Below are positions 55,905-64,000 of a DNA stretch of 64,000 nucleotides, piece after piece (the stretch's first letter is position 1; the number at the start of each line of letters is the position of its first letter). The DNA comes from Camelus ferus (Eukaryota): positions 16,122,001-16,186,000 of the forward strand of contig NC_045696.1 in assembly GCF_009834535.1 (NCBI RefSeq), given 5' to 3'. The notes beneath the pieces are model-generated. The model was not told the origin of the DNA. It worked only from the letters and a program-made list of their open reading frames with translations, and made no database searches. Made by a program: the position numbers and the translations under genes.

Positions 55905-56365
55905 TAGGGTGAGAGGCAGACGAGTCAAGTGTTTAAAGAGAGAACTTAATAATTTTAGGGCCTTGAGCCAGTTAAGTGAGACTTACCTTGGTAAGTCTGT
56001 TTTTTCATGTGTGTTTCATAGATGCTAGGATGATGGTGCATTTTTTTTATATGAATTACTTTAGATGATCCATGTTAAGCACTTAATCGTGTAATGCCTG
56101 GCACCTTCTAAATATTCCAATTTGTTTACAAACACAGGCTGTTTAGAGTTGAATCCTGGCTTTACAACCTACTAACTGTGTAGATTTGTGTCAGTGAAAT
56201 AATCTCCATGGCTCATTGCTTCCCTCTGGAAAATGGGATTTAACAATACCTACCTAATTTTAACCACTTTGTGAGGATTAAGTGAAGTAATCCACGGGAA
56301 ACACTTAGCACTGTTCCTGTTAGACAGTAAGTGCTCAGTTAACCTAAGCGGCTATGATTGCTGTG
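55905..56365 (+). mobile_element. Two tandem MIR fragments
   Basis: ttgaatcctggct..ctaactgtgt; ctggaaaatgggat..aatacctacct..ttgtgaggattaagtga..cacttagcac..agtaagtgctca. Confidence 0.75.
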
Positions 56366-58172
56366 GTTACAAGCATCATTTTGATTCTCCAGAAAACTAG
56401 TGTTTGCTACTAATTAGAAATGTCAAAGGTAAGCCAACAGAGTATCTTTTTAAAATATAAAAAGCCTAACTGTGAAGTATCCATTTTTATGAGAGAGCTG
56501 ATATTCATGGACATATGTTAAGGACAAAAACAACGTAAACTTGGTTTCTTGATTAAAATACCTTTTGTGAATGTACTGTATATTTAAATATCTGCAGTTA
56601 AATTTTATGTCTGGCTGAAAATTGAACCAAGATAGCATTAAACTGCCACTGCATTTCAGGATAGAGTTTCATTTCTTGAAGGTATTTTAAACCCCTTGGA
56701 AGTTCTTCTTTTAAATGAACAGAGACACCGATAGAGGTGGCACTTTCAACTTACCAATATGATGATGAAGTTTACAAGTTTGATCTAAATGTTGCTTGCC
56801 TTGGGCTAGGTGACCGAACTCCACAGAATTAAATTATTGTTCTTCTCCCTCTGGTAACCATTAATACGTGAGATTTACTGCCATGCATTCCACCACCACC
56901 AAGGCACTCCTAGGTACTGGGTGCTACACCCGTTGCCTGGGGTGCAGGGGTATGCGGGGGGTGGCTTGCTCAGGTTGCTTCCATAGCTGCACACTCACTC
57001 TTGGGGAGAAACCAGTCTCTCTGGCCTGGCTAGGGAGGAACTTTGGAGGCACAGGGGAAGGCAAGTGCTCAGCCTAGAGACAGAAGTTTCAATCAACTAC
57101 AGCATTGCCAAGGAAATTAGCATTTGAGTGATTTTTGAAGGAGAAGGAATTTGCCAGTTAACAGAGCACCAAATAGAACAGATCCAGGAAGTCTCATAAA
57201 TAAATCAGAGCAGCTTGCATTGATCAAGGGCAGAGCAAACAGAGCTTAGCCTGATTCTCACGTCTCCAGTGTTACCTATTTGTAATGGACGTGCCACTTA
57301 GAAGGTATTCCATAATTCACTAACAGGATTCTTGCTTCTCATTCACGTTTAACTTTTTGCAAAATTTGGAGAAAACTGTGAGCTTGACATGCTGTGAACG
57401 TGGAAATGTACTCACTGTACCTTCGCTGGGGGCCTGGTAGCCGCACACTGGCCCACGATGAAAATAAAGCTCCATGTCGGGTTTGGGAGCCGGGCAAAGA
57501 GATAATGGCTGCTCCTATTAGAGGAAGCCTTCACCTCTCCTGTGTGTTATGACCACGGGCAAGTAAGATCCACTCCTGTTCCCGGACCAGAATCTAGCAT
57601 CCTTTCAAATGATGTTGAGAGAACGGGCATCAGCACTGGCCATAGATGTGATTGGTGGCAGCCTATTATTTTGTGCCCCATGGCACCGGTCATTGATTTT
57701 GAGATGTTTGATATATGCTTTGGTAGAGGTGGACTAAAGCATGGCTTTGACAAACTTCTTTCCATGTAGTGTAATGGTCTCGATGTAAAAGCCCACTCAG
57801 AGAGTTAGCTTAAAATGTGAGAGTGAGAAACAGAGCCATATAAAAAATCACATGTGATGTGTATATGTATATAATTTTCTATGTTTAGTAATAAATTTAT
57901 TGAAATACAAGTTGCATACCATAGAGTGTAAAGTCAGTGGTTTAGTATATTCAGAAAGATCTGTGTTACCACATAGAAAATTATACTTTTGAACTTGATT
58001 TTGCTTGAAATTTTCCGTGGCTAGTAGTGCTTTGTTTCCACCTTCCACACTGTTTTATTTGTGTCAAGCTTCTTCAATTCAATGTTAGAAGAGGAAATAA
58101 TCAGCTAAAGATACTTATTTTAATAAATTGTGTTTCTTTATTAGGGCAATGTTTATTTATGTTTATTTAATA

Positions 58173-58267
58173 GGGCAAAATTACTAAAATGCGGCATGAA
58201 TCCTGGTATTTACTTGGGCTGTGGTTGAGTTTCTCGACTCAGTGTTGTTCATGTTTTAGGCTGGACA
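58173..58267 (+). repeat. Displaced direct repeat of 59194-59289
   Basis: gggcaaaattactaaaatgc(g/a)gcatgaat(c/t)ctggtatttacttgggc...ttcatgttttaggctggaca present twice, 1021 bp apart. Confidence 0.95.
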
Positions 58268-59239
58268 TAATTTATTAAAGGTTTTATTATTAAAAATTGT
58301 TTAAATGTATTTATTAAAAATTCAGTAAATTTTTTTTTTAAATTCCAGCCCAATTCAATTACAGGCCAGAAACCACATTTTTAAAAAATACTGGTCTTTC
58401 TCAGTTGCTGTTCAAAAAATATACAAAGGCCTACAATTGAATTTCCTCAACACAGAGCTTGCAATTAAGAAAAAAATCAAACCTAGTAAAAGAAATCCAG
58501 CACATGAAAAAACAGTTCATTTAAACATGCATGTCATTTTCACAGGCACGCCTTTTTAGCTAATCCACGTGTCCAATTGAGTAGACGTTCTGATTCCTTG
58601 GGCAGGTAGCAGCTGTGTGTTTTAGTGGAAATCTTCAGTCCCCTTAAAGAAAAATGCTTTCTGGAGTTTTTAAGCAGGGTGGATTTCAGCCCAAACATCT
58701 GTTTTTCTCAGCCTTGAACCATTTTGCCCCACTACAAATTTATCACCTCTTCCAATGTCTGACCTTTTGTGATTCTGTTAGTGGAAGAGTAAGAAGTCAA
58801 GAGGAATCAAGACTGAATCACAGCTGCCCAAATTTTGAAAATTAGGATACTCTCAGAATGGTACAAGGAGTTTTGAACAGTGCACCTTGTTAAAAGTGCA
58901 TGGTATTGACTTAATAATGGTAAGACAGTTCAGGTGTTTTAACTGTAAGAGTTATCTCCCTTCCTTAAATTTATTTATGTTCTCATTGGATATAATTTCT
59001 GAGAACAGAGGATGGGCACACGTTTCATGCTGTTTGCATGTAATTTTAAGTTCCTGATGTTTCGTGATGGAAGCAATGAGAGACCTTTTGGCCAATTCTC
59101 ATGATTATATCTGCTCTGGAATTTAACAGCATTTGTTACCCAGGATTTCTGAGGTGTTAGTGACTGCTGCACAGTAGCCTTGGTCTCATGATTGGGCAAA
59201 ATTACTAAAATGCAGCATGAATTCTGGTATTTACTTGGG

Positions 59240-59460
59240 CAGTGGCAGGATTTCTCGACCTCAGTGTTATTCATGTTTTAGGCTGGACAATTCTTTGTTG
59301 TGGAGATTGTCCTGTTCATTGCAGGATGTTTGGCAGGATTTATCACCTCTACCCTCTTGATGCCCATAGCACCTCCTAGGTGTGACGACCAAAAAATGTC
59401 ATTGATCGATGTCCCTTGGCAGAGGGTCGGAAGCAGAATCTCTCTGGTTGCAAAGCACTG
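59240..59460. mobile_element. MER20 element
   Basis: ggacaattctttgttgtggg..tgtcctg..gcaggatgttt..tgtgacgaccaaaaaatgtc..ggttgcaaagcactg. Confidence 0.88.
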
Positions 59461-60393
59461 GGCTGTGATACTGAGATCCACAGTGATGTCCAACTCCCCA
59501 CAGTACTGTGTCTCATGTTAACATTAACCGTGACACCTCATTGTGTGCTTTGCACATTGTAGGTAGCAGTGAACATTTTTTCATTTCAGAAGAAAATGTA
59601 AAATAAACAAAATATATGTTAAAAAAGTTTATACTCAGTAAGATAAACATATTTGATAAGATGTGTAATGTATAGTCTTATAGCTTAGAGAGATAATCAG
59701 CATACAGTTACTATTTTTAAAGAATTATATATGCATACTTGCCACATAGGTAGCGAGAGATGGAGAAAAATTGCCTTCCTGGTTTTGTTGTTTAATGCTT
59801 CCAAGAGAAATTCACTCTCCCCTAGTACCCTGTTATAAAATAGCAAATGGTGGTTAGCATCCTTAGAGCAATCAAGGACACTGCTGTTCTGGGCTGGAAG
59901 GTGCCCATTTTTTCCCGCTGGGTACCACGACAGAAGCAAGTTAAACATGGCGAGGTGGACATGTTCGGTCTCTCCCAGAAAAGGGCATGGAACTACAGGA
60001 CCATCCTTTCACCCCCTGACTCTCATATCTAGGCGCATCCTTTTCTTGCAGTAACATACCGTGTAATTCTTCCTTACAGAGAAGTGGTACAAAGGAAATA
60101 AATTCCAAGCCCAGTGATCTTTCCTCGACCTTATGTCAGCTTTCTTCATCATTTTTCCCAATAAAAATAAAAGCTTTGATATTTCTAATGTTCTGACATG
60201 TTACAAGAACAATATCAATGAAATCTGGGTTTCTGAGAAGTCTGAGTTTTCATAGACTTAAATATGAGTGAGAAAAATATTATATTGGTGTTAGATTTAA
60301 GGCAGAAGTATTGAAGCGGCTTTAATTTTGCATAAGACAGAATTTCAGAGTAAACGAAATATGTATAGATAATCTCTTAAAATTAAGTTTTTG

Positions 60394-60446
60394 GTGTATA
60401 TGTATATATATGTATATATATATGTATGTATATACATATATATATA
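60394..60446. repeat. Imperfect (TA/TG)n microsatellite
   Basis: gtgtatatgtatatatatgtatatatatatgtatgtatatacatatatatata. Confidence 0.9.
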
Positions 60447-61037
60447 AATCTTTCAACTCTACTAAAATATTTATATACCCCACTTCCCAAATAGATGAAC
60501 ACTTCTTTTAATAAGCTAAAACCTGTAGAACTTTTTACTCATCCTTTCCCTCTGGTCGTTTTGGAAAGTGATTGATTGAATCTTACATATATACTTTTGA
60601 TATTTCAACTGTACATAAAAGATATGGTTGGTCATGGTGCAAACATTAATACCCATACAAGTGACCTGAGGCACTTTCTAAACACAGGTTCTGAGATAGT
60701 AGGTCCAGGGTGAGTCCTGAGTCCCAGGTGATGCTGTCTTACTGGTTCATGGACTGACTACACTTGGAGAAATGGGCTCTCGTAGCATTGCATGCCCCCA
60801 TACTGTGCAGATTTAGATTGAGACAGGGAGTAGGAAACTGCAAAGGAAAACCATTCTTATCTATGGTGTCATTGTTCTTAATATATTTTCAAATGTCACC
60901 AAGTGTGAAATAATTCTGTCTACATACTGAGTAATTTTATAAAAATTCAACTAAAAGACCAAGCAAAATAGAAAACCCTCTCAATTTCCTGACCTACTTA
61001 ATTGTTACTAGTTTCTCTTGTGCCCCTATTTCTTCTC

Positions 61038-61235
61038 ATTGGTGTGGTATGGCCAACTCCTGCTGCCTGTAAAAGCTGATTATTTAAGTATTGAGGATTT
61101 TTGTGAGCCGCAGCCATTGGTAGTGTGAAATCCCAATGGTAGGTGTATTTACACCATGGAAGTCAGTAAATACTATAAATCAGAGTTTTGTTTCTTTGTA
61201 TTTCTGGAGACAATCAGATTTCACAACACACCCTG
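61038..61235. mobile_element. MER63-type hAT element
   Basis: Termini cattggtgtg / cacaccctg; internal gtatttacaccatggaa..tactataaatcag. Confidence 0.75.
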
Positions 61236-64000
61236 CCTCTCCATCAAGAAAAACAAAAAATCACTTCCTCTCATTTCCAGCAAAGTATATGACATCTTGT
61301 CTTAGAGTTTAGAGCTTTTTGTAATATTTTGTTGTGCTTCGACTAACCACACAGCTTGATGACAAATAAGTTTATTCCCATAGCAAACAGGAAATAGAAG
61401 TATTGGGAAAAATAATGGTGCTGTTTTGTGAATACTCACAGCACGACAGTACTGGTTAGTCTAAACACTTTACAAGTAGATCTCTTTCAGGTAGCGTTTT
61501 TATAAATAATCTGTCATCACGGAGAGATGTGAGAATTGGGTCAGGTATAATTGGAATGACACATGCCATGGATGGCCCTAGAGAATCAACACAATTCAGT
61601 CAAAGGCAAGCCAACTGCAGATACCTTCTAGAGACTTCCATGACAAATTAGCACCGTCATTTCGTACTGAATCAGTGATTTCATTACCGTGCACAGCTGT
61701 TCCCATCGTTTGTTTATAGATTTCAACCCATATTTGGGGCTTAAGTGAGATTTGTCCTAAGACTTTAGTTCAAGCTTGCTTGCCTAATTTTACATGCCTC
61801 TATTTAGTAAAATACGGTTAGTAGGTAATAAACATCTGATCACCGTCGCCCTTGATCAGAGTCACTTTCTATGGGGCATGTTTTTTTTGATTACTACTTC
61901 CTAATATTTGCAAGCACATTATAAATTCTCCTTCCCATTAAAAGTACATATTTCTGTTGTTGCAAAAAATACATTCTTGAAAAAATAATCGATCTTTTAG
62001 TATTCGGACTCATGAAAATTTTCACGTCAGAATCAAACAAATTTGCCTACTGGGGGTTCAACAATAAGATGGATTCTAATCACTCAGGCTCTTGAAGTTT
62101 CAGTCAGTATATTTAGAATTGTAGGAATAACTTAATCAGGCTGAAAAGTAAACTGTTACAAAGCGACATAGAGGTCACCAACCATTTGCATTATTAATGG
62201 ATTGAATGATTAGGCAGATAAATCAGCATTTATTTGAAATATTAAAGATAAGCCTATTTGGTAGATTTCAATATTACTGCTTTTTACTTTTCTTTTTTTT
62301 TTTTTTTTTTTTTTTTACTGTTAGCATTAATTAAAGTGATCTGTTACAGGCCAAACTGTGTTTGTCTTCATACATTTTCCCTTCCTACTCTAGAATTGCA
62401 AGATACGTCATTTTTAACTCAAATGAACTTTAATTGTGTATATATGCTTGCATCATACAGTGGAATTATGGTACTTTGGGGTTTTTTTTTTTTCCACAAT
62501 ATCAGAATATGTAAGTCCTAGATTTCTATAAATAACTCTTTAGTTTAATTGGTTTGATTATTCAAGTGGTTACTTTCTCAACGTTTGTAAATTCAAACTC
62601 ATACATGCCATGTAATGCAGTTTTATTTTACATGCTTTCCTATAGTTTGAGAATAGAAGAAAGTCAGTTATTAAAATGAAATAATAATAAAAAAGCTTTA
62701 CAGCATGAAATTATTCTTTACTTAGTGCATTATTGAAATCTAATTGTTTGCACATCTGTCAACTGGGCTTTTTAAGAAGGCATTATAATAACTGTACTCT
62801 TGAAAGTGGGGATTTTCTCCCCTTCCTGGTTGCGACTTTCACAGCTGTCTTCATGCTGATTTTTTTTTTTTTTTAGTGTAAAATAGCTTTCTAAGTTTGG
62901 TTGACCACAAAATATTTTTGCTCCAATTTGACATCTATTCAGTTACTTTTTATAGTTAAGCACTGTATTTTGAACAGTGAACCGCATAATCATTTTATAT
63001 AATGCAGGAAGCTCTAACTTTGCTTCTATATTCTGTTTGTATAATACTGATTTTTAGATAATGGAATTTAGTGTTGAAACCAGCACAAATCTCAGCAAGG
63101 ACCTACCTTACAAAGACAGAAAATGCGTAAGGCTTGTTTTTTTAAGCACATCAACTTTTTCATTCTGCAGCATGTACACTAGCATTTTGGTTTATTAAAT
63201 GGTCTTTTGTCTCGAAGGGTGAATAGAGCTATTACAAAAGAAGTGATAAGCCTTCCCTGCCAGCAGAATTCAGCTAGATGAATATTAGGAAATCTATTTG
63301 TGATCTTAAAAGTTTAAGGATTAAATTGAATAAACAAAGATTATAGTTCTCTGGATGTGTGTGCCTATGTTTCTGTCTAACTTTAAACATTCATTTTGAA
63401 AATTATCTCTGCTTCGATTCTGGGCAGAATTTCTCCTTCGTTATTACACGTAACATTCATTTTGAATAGAAATGAAGGTGGATTGGAATTCAAAAATATA
63501 GAATTTAAAATGTGAATCTTTTCATTTATTATTTTAGATTTTGAGGAAAGAATGATGATAAGATAAAGGAGATGCATTTTTAATTTTCAGATGAATTCTG
63601 TTTGATGTTACAGTTATGTAAGGTCTCATTTTACAAGCTCTACATTTAGTGGATGATTCTATAAATAATTCCCCACTGAGTGATTATAGCAATTAAGAGA
63701 AAACACATTTTTTTCACTGAATTTTTTTCAGGGTTTTCCATAGATTAGTAAGGAAGAAGTTTCTCTGTTCAGAAAAATAATAATGTAAACATAAGCATTT
63801 AAAGTGTCCCTTGAGATTTTTTTTGTCTCTGAATCTAGTCTTGGCAGCTCTCAAATTATGTATTTCAAGACTTAATCCTTTAAAATTATTTTACTTTGTC
63901 AGAATCTTGATTGGATAGATTTCTTGGTAATTTCTCATTGCTAGAAAGGAATTTAAAGGAAAGGTTCTCAAACTGAAATGTGTAGTCGGGGCAATTAGTC

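Noticed and set aside
50716..64000. APP exon 7 (KPI domain) and nearby TGCATG (RBFOX) motifs
   Set aside because: No KPI-coding sequence found, so exon 7 lies beyond the window; scattered TGCATG hexamers cannot be tied to it.

Overview
Mammalian genomic DNA from inside the amyloid-beta precursor protein gene (APP), + strand. It holds three short coding exons matching human APP exons 4, 5 and 6 (13333-13445, 15373-15566, 50366-50568; copper-binding, extension and acidic domains), with canonical GT-AG junctions and compatible phases. The rest is intron (end of intron 3, introns 4 and 5, start of intron 6) filled with interspersed repeats: L1, L2, MIR, MLT1, MER5/20/33/58/63, MER2/Tigger. Four tRNA-derived SINEs resembling camelid vic-1, and no recognisable Alu, BovB/Bov-tA or PRE-1, suggest a camel/alpaca-type genome. 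Nearly all ORF-track entries are spurious. Best non-obvious observations: a fossil piggyBac (Looper-like) transposon with a readable decayed transposase, four 5'-inverted (twin-primed) L1 insertions, an L1 insertion abutting the exon 6 donor, a ~95 bp displaced duplication and several fold-back templated insertions. I found no convincing new biological system. Repeat family names and human comparisons come from recall, not database searches; repeat boundaries are approximate unless a TSD is given.
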